Positions 41,601-48,281 of a stretch of 53,367 nucleotides of DNA are shown here, one piece after another. The DNA comes from Rhizaria sp. SCN 62-66. Taxonomy: Eukaryota. The position numbers were made by a program, and so were the translations under genes. Position 1 is the first letter of the stretch, and every line of letters starts with the position of its first letter. The notes under the pieces are model-generated. The model made no database searches. It had not been told where the DNA came from and saw only the letters and a program-made list of their open reading frames with translations. The stretch covers positions 62,001 to 115,367 of the forward strand of contig MEDY01000059.1 of NCBI GenBank assembly GCA_001724265.1. Direction: 5' to 3'.

Positions 41601-43581
41601 CTCGGGCTCCTGCCCGCGCTTCGAGGGCTGCCCGCGCGCCTCGCCCTACGCGTGCTACGAGAAGCGTGTGCAGTGCACGACTACTGCTGATAAGTGCGCC
41701 GCCGCGTCCTCGCTCGAGGCCGGCGCTCTGCCCGAGCTTGACTTCCACGTGACGGCCGACGACGACGACCTCGACGGTCAGGAGGTCTGCGCGGAGAACT
41801 GCGAGCGCTCCGTCGCCGCGACTTCGCAGACCGTCATCACGTCTGGCGCCACTGACACGACGCTTGACGTCTCCACGAACGATAACGGCGTGCCCCGCAC
41901 GCAGATCACCGTGCCTTCCGGCGCCTTCTCTGCTGACACCAAGCTCTCCGTCGCGCCCGTCACCACACTCACTTCGGTCAACTCGACGTACCACACCTCC
42001 AAGGTGCTGTCGACGCCCTTCACGTGCTCGCACACGTCTGTCTCCACTAGCGCCAGCGTCACGCCCAGCGTCCAGCTCGTCGTCACATCGCACGTCGACG
42101 TGCAGACCTTCGACGGCGCCAGCAGCGGCAGCTCCGCGCAGAACTCCACGTTCTCCTGCGAGCTTCAGGGCAGCTGGGACGCCGCCGTGCTGTCTTCGTC
42201 CGCCGTCTCCGGCGCCATGACCGAGTACACTCCCAAGGAGCTCCGCGCGCGCGTGCTCCGCACACACGCCCTGCGGTCCATGCGCACGCTCGACAGCTCG
42301 CCCTGCGCCGGCTCCATCACCGTCAACGGCTCCAGCGTGGTGATCAACATGGACGCGTGTGCGAACCAGTTCGACATCACAGGCACCTACGCGTCCACCG
42401 AGTCCATCCTGCCCTGGTCCGGTGAGTCCGGCGAGCAGAAGGTGTCTGTGCGCGCCACGGCATCTTCTGTCCCGGGCGTCGCGGGCAAGTCCGTGTGCTT
42501 GTTTGTGCAGCGTATCTCTGACCTGCTCTTCGTCGCCTTCCCCGCGGATTTCGGCACCGCCACGCTCACTGACGAGCAGCTTAACACGTGCGTCGACTCC
42601 GCCGTCGGCGTCTATATCACGGCCGTGTACATTCCCAACGCCGACCCTGACGCCGTGGATCCCTGCTCTAAGTCCGCTCTTATCACGGACCAGGTCGCTA
42701 AGAAGGACATCTGCCTCGCCAAGTTCAACGCCACGAACCAGTGGGAGTGCATCCACAGCCGCGACGAGCGCATCGCCAACCCCGTTTGGCAGACCGGCAT
42801 GAGCAACAAGCAGGTCTCGAGCGCGCTCCCCGCGTGCGCCAGCGCCTCCACGGCCTACACCTTCATTTACGAGCCGCTGCCGGCCGCGCCCACTGTCGAG
42901 GAAGATACGTGCGACTGGTGGTGCGAGTACGGCCTGATCGTCATAATCGTCGTGTCCGTCGTCGGTGGCCTCATGGTGATCGGCGTCCTCTTCGGCATCA
43001 AGGTCTACCGCGACCGTGTTGCGTACAAGAAGGAGCAGGACAAGATCAAGGCTCTCAAGGCACAGGCCGAGGACCTCAACCAGTACGACGGTGGTATCGG
43101 CCGTGCCGACGCCGACGGTGAGATCGTCATGGTGGCCAACCCGCTTGTGCTCCAGATCAAGGAGCTGCAGGACGAGCTGGACCGTAACCACATGAACATG
43201 GAGGCTACTGCTCGCGAGGAGGAGAACACGATCCAGCAGCTCGAGCTTCAGCGCCAGCACATCTACGATAAACTCAAGCAGGCCCAGAACGCTCTTAAGT
43301 CCCAGGAGGCCGCCAGCGCGCCCCGTGCGCAGCGCCCGGCCGCGTACGCGCCCGGTGTCAGCAGCAGTGGCAACAGCGCGCCCATGCTGCAGTCGCAATC
43401 GTCTGTGAGCCTCAACAGCCCGATGGCCGCGTCCCCCGCGGGCATGAACCGCCCACTGGCTCCCCTGGAGTCCTCCAGTAGCGGGCTCCAGGCCCAGCTC
43501 AACGGGCCTCAGATGGCGCCTCAGCGCCCCGTGCTCAACACTCCCTCGGCGCCCGTCCAGCCCCGTCGTCGCGACCTCTAA
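32611..43581 (+). CDS. Giant type-I membrane protein: signal peptide, L-type (legume-like) lectin domain, ~13 filamin/Ig-like repeats, Cys-rich repeat array, transmembrane helix, coiled-coil tail; 3656 aa, apparently intronless
   Basis: Signal MRHPSLLSVLAYACLFIIGLLAITTQA. Lectin motifs GFTATFTY, NGLVFVMQ, GMNLGY, SIAIELD, NHVEV and AYVGFTSST. Recurrent D-x-(Y/F)-G-N Ig repeats. CPxxxPxxCxDGxC repeats. TM GLIVIIVVSVVGGLMVIGVLFGI at ~42931-42999. Confidence 0.88.
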   Translation: MRHPSLLSVLAYACLFIIGLLAITTQAQCSVDTSGMAVTYDTTVTSVTNSNNYYYLGSASSSSFGITLTNTTSSEGVAVWLRRRARISAGFTATFTYSTGTTPNGLVFVMQSLGSTARGGSGMNLGYSFARSIAIELDMFKDATGETNGNHVEVHSCWASSNSATTDCRIGTSTTLGSLITLASETPRTITVKYSPVTGTITASTVQSGATTTLASATISSTNFDLLFPDGNAYVGFTSSTSDSSTLAPALVQVSDFTMTTVGVSPALSRDSAAVYALTAEANNAVTTSTQRTFYLYDFCGTRINGASTEVATTVVTANDNAFGTTGSVSVASNDDGSYTISYYQSTVGTYVFSVYVNKTISGTSTFSRNYTLTVTSAAPSETLSEVVSGLPTNNVFTAGTSVNITVQLYDRFRNKYVGAAQSVKARFGCCDDFSYSSVNTATGLYTFTALTTTAALSSSLEFKVGGVNIKGSPYAITVNPGPVKGATSFLGGSGLTQTTVGVTSYIRLQLQDSYGNSITSPLDTPPELYLYSSVNGTATPIANDADTPGPTWRDTYYEYTYSTKVAKIYLIKCLVNGEVCRDSASLQTTVLAGQLDVTKTGITLPTSGLAAGSQQTVGIVPTDLYGNARGRENESNKTFDVTVTAAGGVATSVTCNSQGTDVKTTESVRSMRCFFHTSNQYRLTFTPLVATLSVGTSYSVVVTLGSQSTAASVLNIKPGTASAATSTFAVTDSGVAGQPVTATITAFDAEGNAAAPPESTINLILNSAGVIITPTRGTAIVTANKWTQDVTFYTKSTYTVTATLGGLIVGTAASVPIAAGALNLPTSTMFGDASGVINTDITLSFTPLDLYGNSVSDGVSGLACSVFVDASTSLPCAFGTIVADKPIPLTFTTPSTAGVNYQIKVSSGTDDWYGFLTGKSYDDGSQYGVILASGSTNPVSVLNLIAGTTVNYTLQNRDINGAVIPDAVSWSAVIYDSAGALAPTAVTVTIPTTPAASVTMTVKPRLAVTGFKVRIYANAAETKQSTDGISLNIAVGTMSYLYSTATLDASSGSAGVYTAGANVSYLVVPYDSEGNRVVTSSTITVAYVNSVDDTSVTVSSEWDSTNNIYKGSFTPTVAGRFTLVVQDPNHQTLLSEPVFTVAPAALSDKSTLATLAVCAIGESCSVVFTPRDKYNNPLTALTTSDFDLYTPSASASPSSKTSFTLETASENTFYVSFTPTYLDASYTNAIQAKVGAVVMASVSVTVTFAANLDATRTTATAIANLSAPGNAVITINAKDTYGNIWSAIPADYEFTLVDLTTNVSTVLGSSTYVADTTLGTMTVTYFVKTSSTSYSWVVRAKDVTLSIASTFAVRPGAPLATRTVQGSPASLTVQANDVFSFDITAYDQYGNRLDRADTSATFTIGIFEGRFACTGTSVLMPSELATSAWSATGNFTGTIGSSKITYTADGTYSVKISTTRANSFNAAGSRRRYYYYIMLNGVLIRSCDQLSDTVQVTPGVISGEHSLLTGVDLTAIEAGSSVALTVEYADKYKNQIRYTSDEVLPTVSLSTAGLFGCSGTELTGATITAGKDNAQLVFAPTKSGTMYSGIVVAGTSVKYSNSNCIPFIVHHSYPYTWTVSPAPLASGTLTEVPIVALDRFNNTVNLTQATTSSVNSFSFTIELTLTSSPDAAITTNAVVYSYSAASLTLVSGESNLKVPIAVLWPGTYAATVTIVESTVRERSYSSTTGSLTVDVGVCAQINAELPYRCPEGTCKVDASKCNGYSEELVFRCLTNATNNAYTYVSDIASCLCPTDQKLCTFHGLSYCTASTTACPTTTSPAVAAASQRHCNFGDSLCPDRRTCVSDPANCPDSTACASGTVPCPNGSCAKSGDECPSSISCPTDAPVLCADDSCAASATTCPSLRPCLPPREVRCADGSCVSKVADCPSAVVCPASTVLCASGFCAASVADCPAPFSCAAGFVRCSDGSCKADVSFCATKPSCPSGQVLCADGTSCATSATLCNSKPFCPTSRPVLCPSGACATAESLCGTAQTCPNDAPVRCADNSCAASASSCATTASQCPAQAPVRCPDGSCHKTANACASMIQCPVHRPLKCADSRCVATPLDCTAPSTLACPTGHVRCHSGMCAPFLLACPTVVTCADDEVRCPDGTCRATCDERAVDPPACPAGQVQCPLADAGVHCAAKLADCPTSFVCPKTAPVRCIDMTCASSVDECEPVDTNLIPATRMPCASGAWASSLSTCGTPITCPTAQPVKCWDESCRRVAADCPPMRRCDVDAPYLCADGSCQLNLWSCATARCTDSERPIRCPAFSSNRGCVASLSDCLDVEDLNANVLVQCPSGQRCWDGSCAAELRLCPARTCPRHMPVLCSTGACAESAAKCPNTNGCPWDTPYFCPGTASCVTSAAKCSSRSCSDGLTLCGDGTCRTRDACLGVTAFGCTSTTPIVCHDKKCAANTTTGVFDCTGTSDSYNACPASRPFRCDGGMCAVSSTRCPVTFASDSTGSCGTDSTGRAMPVRCDDGSCAYSLAQCPIIAPCADGYLRCPDNTCKALPCDPTRASCRDDATSAFNTQPFHGALCADVQTCPTARPYRCQDGRCAVSSSECVDEYPIVLQSCCADDLPYSRPTTSNPYGRCGSTAVAGGCTNPKRNADSVSGCPELYTRCASGICIASNSSLTCANYNTTSVSSCSASAPYTCPDGSCATSAADCLYNSNGCLASFPVLCSDGSCQASASSCSATTACANADHVRCSNGLCAESLSKCLMPETNCAMDTPIRCANGDCMAFAALAGASQQSLRCPPTLKCDARAPYLCADGTCVASESLCRPVMPCASGVRCPFTGACVSSISSCPATLSQCPAAAPFLCPNGACKTSSSDCAPALSTVRAASCPTSRPNRCADGSCASTPAQCVQVTVRAFASADFDVTASAVPSGVCANSGFICPNGLCVASSAECALVAACPLHATRCADGSCSTTTCPDNTSSCPSGSVRCEDGTCRASGSCPRFEGCPRASPYACYEKRVQCTTTADKCAAASSLEAGALPELDFHVTADDDDLDGQEVCAENCERSVAATSQTVITSGATDTTLDVSTNDNGVPRTQITVPSGAFSADTKLSVAPVTTLTSVNSTYHTSKVLSTPFTCSHTSVSTSASVTPSVQLVVTSHVDVQTFDGASSGSSAQNSTFSCELQGSWDAAVLSSSAVSGAMTEYTPKELRARVLRTHALRSMRTLDSSPCAGSITVNGSSVVINMDACANQFDITGTYASTESILPWSGESGEQKVSVRATASSVPGVAGKSVCLFVQRISDLLFVAFPADFGTATLTDEQLNTCVDSAVGVYITAVYIPNADPDAVDPCSKSALITDQVAKKDICLAKFNATNQWECIHSRDERIANPVWQTGMSNKQVSSALPACASASTAYTFIYEPLPAAPTVEEDTCDWWCEYGLIVIIVVSVVGGLMVIGVLFGIKVYRDRVAYKKEQDKIKALKAQAEDLNQYDGGIGRADADGEIVMVANPLVLQIKELQDELDRNHMNMEATAREEENTIQQLELQRQHIYDKLKQAQNALKSQEAASAPRAQRPAAYAPGVSSSGNSAPMLQSQSSVSLNSPMAASPAGMNRPLAPLESSSSGLQAQLNGPQMAPQRPVLNTPSAPVQPRRRDL
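33400..37820 (+). repeat. Protein-level array of ~13 filamin/invasin-like Ig-fold repeats (~100-120 aa each); boundaries approximate
   Basis: Anchor motifs in order: YDFCGT, YDRFRN, QDSYGN, TDLYGN, FDAEGN, LDLYGN, RDINGA, YDSEGN, RDKYNN, KDTYGN, YDQYGN, ADKYKN, LDRFNN; Thr/Ser/Val-rich beta-strand composition. Confidence 0.7.
37821..41810 (+). repeat. Protein-level Cys-rich repeat array (~1330 aa; several dozen CP..P..C.DG.C......C units); boundaries approximate
   Basis: Examples: CPTDAPVLCADDSCAASATTC, CPNDAPVRCADNSCAASASSC, CPTSRPNRCADGSCASTPAQC. TGCGCCGACGGCTCGTG recurs at the DNA level. Confidence 0.9.
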
Positions 43582-44794
43582 GCAAACACATCCACGACTA
43601 CTCTAACACACTCCAAACACGAACACCGCCGCGGTTGTTGTAACTTTCTGTGGCGCACTGTCTCTTCAACCGGGACAGAGTCGTTATTGAAAGATGCAGC
43701 CGTGGTGTCGATGTAAACATGCAATCACCTTGCGTTGCGTTGCGTCACGTCGCGTTCTGTTGCTGTCAGTTATTGTCCTCGTCAGTGTTTGTGTTTGCGT
43801 AGCTGTTGCATGTTGACATGACAACGATAGCCGCCACGATACTGATGATGATGCCGACGACGACAACGCTGACGTTGATGATGACGCGCGCGAGATGGTC
43901 TTTGCATATCCATCCACTTGTGCTCTTTCTTTCTTTCCCTCATGCATTTGTATTTAAGCGTTTGCTTTTTCATTCAAGTGACCCATGGCGTGAAATGAGC
44001 GATTGGGCGCAAAACAACACCTTCTCACTCATCCCCTTAAATCTCTTCGGACGTGCGGTGGCTCTGGATTTTGGAACGGACACTCCTTTTTCTGACTTGA
44101 TTCACATCATTCTGTCTTTCATTCTCACACTAATGTCTTGACTTGTTCGTTCGCTCTGCGCAGAGCTTCGCGCTGCCACTGTTTTTGAGGGAGGGACTAC
44201 GTTGTTTGTTTCTTTGGCAAGGAACAGGTGAGCTCCTCTCTCTTTGTACATATCAGCCTTCTATTTCCCCGTTTTTGTTTTTATATCTTCTTCATTTCTT
44301 TTGTTTTCCTCTTTAGTGTTTGTTTCTTTTGGTAGTAAATCATAGTAAACCGTTGTCAGCCATCGTTCGTGTACAGGATTTGCATGTTGGCGTTGTTGCT
44401 GCGTCGTCACTTTGTTTTGTCTCAGCAGACTGTGTTCTCCGAGAGCGCGACCCGCTTTGAGACACTTGTGATGATGCACCAAGGTTAACAAACAAGATAA
44501 TGGATCAAGCTTATGACTTATGTCTGGCGCGTATAAACTTCAACCCATCAAACAATACAACCTTAACGTTAATTTCAACGTTAATTTCTCATTTCTATTT
44601 CGCATTTGAGCATTCGAGTATTTGAACATAGCATCAAGTCATGCTGTTTTGATATGATTTATGTTTTGTGTATGTTAATGTGTGTTTTGCTCTCACACTG
44701 GCCATAAAAATAAACTTCCAAGTAATTTTACTCACAAACCCTGTAGCGTTCAGCAGACCTTCGCGGCAATGACGGTGACAGCACGGCGCAGAAC

Positions 44795-46855
44795 TCACTT
44801 GCTCTTCTTGGTCTTGTTCTTGCTGCCGCCCTTCTTGCTCTTAGTGTTAACGTTGCCCAGCCGGCCGAGCGTGTCGCCCGACTTGGCGACCTGGCCCATC
44901 CACGCCGTGGGGCGCAGCACGCCGCCGACGGTGCCGCTGCTCGCGCGCGGCACGTGGCGCGGCTTCTTGAGCTTGCCGCCACCCGTGAGCACGGCGCCCG
45001 ACGCAAAGGCCTTCATGAAGGCGCCCTGGATCTTGCCCGCGGCGCCGCGCTGCTTCTCCGCCTGCTCCTGCTGGCGCTTGTGACGCAGCTCCGTCGGCGA
45101 CAGCTTCTCGTCCTCGGACTCGCTGTCGTCGGCGCTCGCGTCGTCGTCGTCGCCCGGCGAGCGGCGCTTGCGGCCGCCGCCGAGCTTGCGCTCGTTGCGC
45201 GCCTCGAGTTCGCGCTTGGCCTTGGCCACCTCACCGCTGGCCGTTGCCTTGCCCGTGGTGGCGCTCGAGCCGCTGAGCGAGACCTTGGTGACGCGCAGCG
45301 CGCGGCCGTCAAATTTCTTGCCGTTGAGCTTGAGCGCCTCGGGAACGGAGAACTTGTCCTTGAAGGTGACGAAGCCGATGCCCTTGCCCATGTTAAGCTT
45401 CTTGTCGCGGACGAGGCGCACGAACTCGACCTCGCCGCAACGCGCGAAGTGCGCGCGCACAGCCTCCTCGTTGGCGCCAAAGGGCAGCGCGCCCAGGAAG
45501 ACGGACCGGAACGGGTCCGCGCGGCCCGAGCCCGTGGCCAGGTCGACGCGCACCGTATGCTGCACAGGCGCCACCGCGGCCTCCGCGGCGGCGTTGGCAG
45601 CTGCGGCCTGCTGGTTCGCGATCGACACGCTGCGCGCGCCCTGCGGCAGCGACTGCATGTACTTTTTGCGGGCCTCCTCGGCCGCCTTGGCCGCCGCGGC
45701 CTCAGACATCTTGACCGTCATGACGGTGTTGTTGAGCGCGGCCACGGCCTTGAAGGCGTGCTCCTCGCTCTCGAACACGGCGTACGCGTTCATCGAGTCG
45801 CGCGACGCGTGCAGCTTGTGCTGGCGGAACGAGATGTTCTTGGGCATGTTGGCCTCGGAGAATGCCACAGAGCGGAAGCGCACCGACTCGATCTTGCCGC
45901 CCGCGGGGGCGAGGAAGAGGCGCACGTCGCGCTCCGTGGCGCTCGTAGGCACGTTGCCCAGGAACACCGTGCGCGAGTTGCGGTTGTCATCAGAGGACTT
46001 GTACTTTTTCACCTTGGCGATCTCGCGGCGGCGCGCCTCGTCAGCCTCGAGCTCGGCGTCGCAGTCGCCGTCGACCTCGGCGAAGCGCACGTCCATGGCG
46101 CGCAGGTTCTCGGCCGTGGCGGGGATGAAGCCGGCCTGGTCATCGGTGCCCGCAGCCGCGGCGGCCTCGTCATCCTCGTCCTCAAGATCGATCGACTTAC
46201 GCCACCCATCGTCGGTCGCGTCGTCGGCGTCCGAGTCGTCGTCGGACTCGTCCACGACGCTCTCGTCGCCGTCGCTTTCCTCGTTGTCGCCGCTCTCGGC
46301 CTCGGACTCGCTCTCTGCGGCCGCGGCAGCGGCAGCGGCGGCCTTCTTGCCCTTGCCAGCAACAGCAGCGGCGGCGAGCTTTGCGGCGGCAGCACCGGCC
46401 GGCTTGGCGGTCTTGGTGGCGACCTTACTGGGCTTGGGCTCGGGCGCGCGCATGAAGGGCATGTCCATGGGCACAGCCTCACCGCGGAGCTCGAACTGGC
46501 GCCGCTTGTCGCGCATCAGCGACGCCGCGATTGCCAGCGCGCGCCGAGTCGCATCATCGATCACCGTCTTCTCGGGATCCACGGACATCAGCTTCTCAGC
46601 GCCCGACGCGCTGCGGGGCTGCTGCGCGCCGGCGGCGGAGACGCCCAAGGTTGCGGGGGCCTTCTTGGCTGCATCGGGCTTCTTGTTGTCCTTGGCGGCC
46701 GCGAGAGCCTTCTTGCCCTTAGCAACACGCTCATCAATAGCAGGCGCAGCAGCTGCGACGGATGTCTGGGCGACAGTAGCGGAGTCGGCGTCCTTAAAGG
46801 ACGGGTTCAGCAGACGCGTGATGTCGCCGGGGACGTACTTGTCAGTGGTCGACAT
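44795..46855 (-). CDS. NOP12: Nucleolar protein 12 / RBM34, two-RRM pre-60S biogenesis factor, 686 aa
   Basis: RRM1 RTVFLGNVP…GKIESVRFRS…SMNAYAVF; RRM2 RSVFLGALPF…VEFVRLVRDKKLNMGKGIGFVTF…ALKLNGKKFDGRALRV; acidic N-terminal tracts and a Lys-rich C-terminus. Confidence 0.88.
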   Translation of the reverse strand: MSTTDKYVPGDITRLLNPSFKDADSATVAQTSVAAAAPAIDERVAKGKKALAAAKDNKKPDAAKKAPATLGVSAAGAQQPRSASGAEKLMSVDPEKTVIDDATRRALAIAASLMRDKRRQFELRGEAVPMDMPFMRAPEPKPSKVATKTAKPAGAAAAKLAAAAVAGKGKKAAAAAAAAAESESEAESGDNEESDGDESVVDESDDDSDADDATDDGWRKSIDLEDEDDEAAAAAGTDDQAGFIPATAENLRAMDVRFAEVDGDCDAELEADEARRREIAKVKKYKSSDDNRNSRTVFLGNVPTSATERDVRLFLAPAGGKIESVRFRSVAFSEANMPKNISFRQHKLHASRDSMNAYAVFESEEHAFKAVAALNNTVMTVKMSEAAAAKAAEEARKKYMQSLPQGARSVSIANQQAAAANAAAEAAVAPVQHTVRVDLATGSGRADPFRSVFLGALPFGANEEAVRAHFARCGEVEFVRLVRDKKLNMGKGIGFVTFKDKFSVPEALKLNGKKFDGRALRVTKVSLSGSSATTGKATASGEVAKAKRELEARNERKLGGGRKRRSPGDDDDASADDSESEDEKLSPTELRHKRQQEQAEKQRGAAGKIQGAFMKAFASGAVLTGGGKLKKPRHVPRASSGTVGGVLRPTAWMGQVAKSGDTLGRLGNVNTKSKKGGSKNKTKKSK

Positions 46856-47111
46856 CGTTCTGGCCCTGCGGTTTAGAATACAATAGAAGCAAGATACGAA
46901 CATATGAATTTAAGAATTAAGCAACTGATATCATATATGAGCATACCAATTCGATGCAAATAAATCTGACGACATGTATAGTGCGTTTGACGATGATTGC
47001 GTGTCGGAAGCGGCCGACTAGTCGCGCTCGCAATTTTTTCGCGAACCGTAGTGCGTGCCGGCAGTCCGAAATGAGGACTTGTTTATATGTTATATTCTCT
47101 TGTTTCTGACC
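46856..47111. promoter_or_regulatory. Probable bidirectional promoter region between divergent NOP12 and FCF2
   Basis: Only 256 bp separate the two predicted divergent start codons; AT-rich. No specific element is established. Confidence 0.55.
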
Positions 47112-48281
47112 ATGGCCAAGACAACTGCGACGAAGAAGGCTACTAGTAGTACTTCAACTACTAGTTCCAAAAACGAAATGTCTTCAGGACGTGCTGCCGC
47201 GTCTAAGGCGGTTACTTCCTCCAAGGCATGCACTGCCCGCTCCAGCGTCAGTGACGACGACGCCTCCGCCGCCTCTGACGCCGAGGCCGCGACTACAGAC
47301 GCTGCGAGTGACTCTGAGGCGGACAGCGACTTTGGCGGCGACGCTGAGGACGACATTGATCTCGACGCGCTCGTGTCCAAGGCTGCGTCACGCCTCTCGG
47401 CGCTGGCCTCCGCGACTGCCGCCGCGTCTGCCACGACCGCGGCGTCCGCGCTCGACTCGTCCGCCCGCGTCTCGCGCGTGCTGGGCTTTTCCGCCGCGGT
47501 GTCGGCCTCGGAGGCGAGCGTGAACCCCACGGCGCAGTTCTTCGTGCCGTCGCGCACGGGCGTGATCCAGCTCGCGACGTCGGGGATGGCGAGCTCGGGC
47601 GCCGCTCCCGTCGAGTCCTCCTCGGCCTACATGCGCGCCAGCTCCACGCTGCGCTCCACCGTCAACGACCAGATGAAGACGCTGGAGGAGAAGATCGACG
47701 CTATGGAGGCAGAAGTCGGTGGGCAGACCTCGGTTATCTCACGCCAGGAGATCGTGAAGCTCAAGAACAGCCAGGTACGACCATGCAAGCTTTCACTCTT
47801 TCGATACTTCAACTTACACCGATATTATATTTATATTCTAACTCTATATTCCGGCATAGTAGTATACACATCACATAGAACTGTACATCTCACTGCTTTG
47901 CTCCTGTTCCGCTTTTGTTTGTTTTCTTTCTGTTTCCTCCAGCGCAAGGACACTGCGGGCAAGATGTGGTTCGACCTCCCCGCGACGACGGTGACTCCCG
48001 AGATTGCGCGCGACCTGGCGCTGATCAAGGCGCGCTCGGCGATCAACCGCACAGCCTTCATGCGCCGTGACAACTCTGCGACGCCCAAGTACTTCCAGAT
48101 GGGCACGCTCATCGAGGGCGCGTTCGAGCCGCACAACCGGCTGTCGCGCAAGGATCGCAAGCGCACGCTCGCCGAGGAGATTCTCTCTGACAGCACCACC
48201 ATGGAGTCGGTCAACGCGCGCGTCGCGCAGTTCTCAGAGCGCAGCAAACGCACCGACAAGAACAAGAGCTACCGCCGCTGA
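47112..48281 (+). CDS. FCF2: Fcf2 / DNTTIP2 pre-rRNA processing protein; exons 47112-47774 and 47943-48281, 333 aa
   Basis: Fcf2 domain KDTAGKMWFDLPAT..TPEIARDLALIKAR…PKYFQMGTLIEG…RLSRKDRKRTLAEEILSD in exon 2. Confidence 0.9.
   Translation: MAKTTATKKATSSTSTTSSKNEMSSGRAAASKAVTSSKACTARSSVSDDDASAASDAEAATTDAASDSEADSDFGGDAEDDIDLDALVSKAASRLSALASATAAASATTAASALDSSARVSRVLGFSAAVSASEASVNPTAQFFVPSRTGVIQLATSGMASSGAAPVESSSAYMRASSTLRSTVNDQMKTLEEKIDAMEAEVGGQTSVISRQEIVKLKNSQVRPCKLSLFRYFNLHRYYIYILTLYSGIVVYTSHRTVHLTALLLFRFCLFSFCFLQRKDTAGKMWFDLPATTVTPEIARDLALIKARSAINRTAFMRRDNSATPKYFQMGTLIEGAFEPHNRLSRKDRKRTLAEEILSDSTTMESVNARVAQFSERSKRTDKNKSYRR
47775..47942 (+). other. Spliceosomal intron (168 nt, in frame, no stop codon)
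   Basis: CAG|GTACGA donor, AT-rich body, long pyrimidine tract ending …TTCCTCCAG|CGC. Confidence 0.88.

Noticed and set aside
44468-44530. Box C/D snoRNA starting at GTGATGA
   Set aside because: No CTGA D box or terminal stem at a suitable distance.
44565-44588. Short tandem duplications (AACGTTAATTTC x2; CCGCCTTCAT x2 near 48554)
   Set aside because: Too short to distinguish from ordinary slippage.
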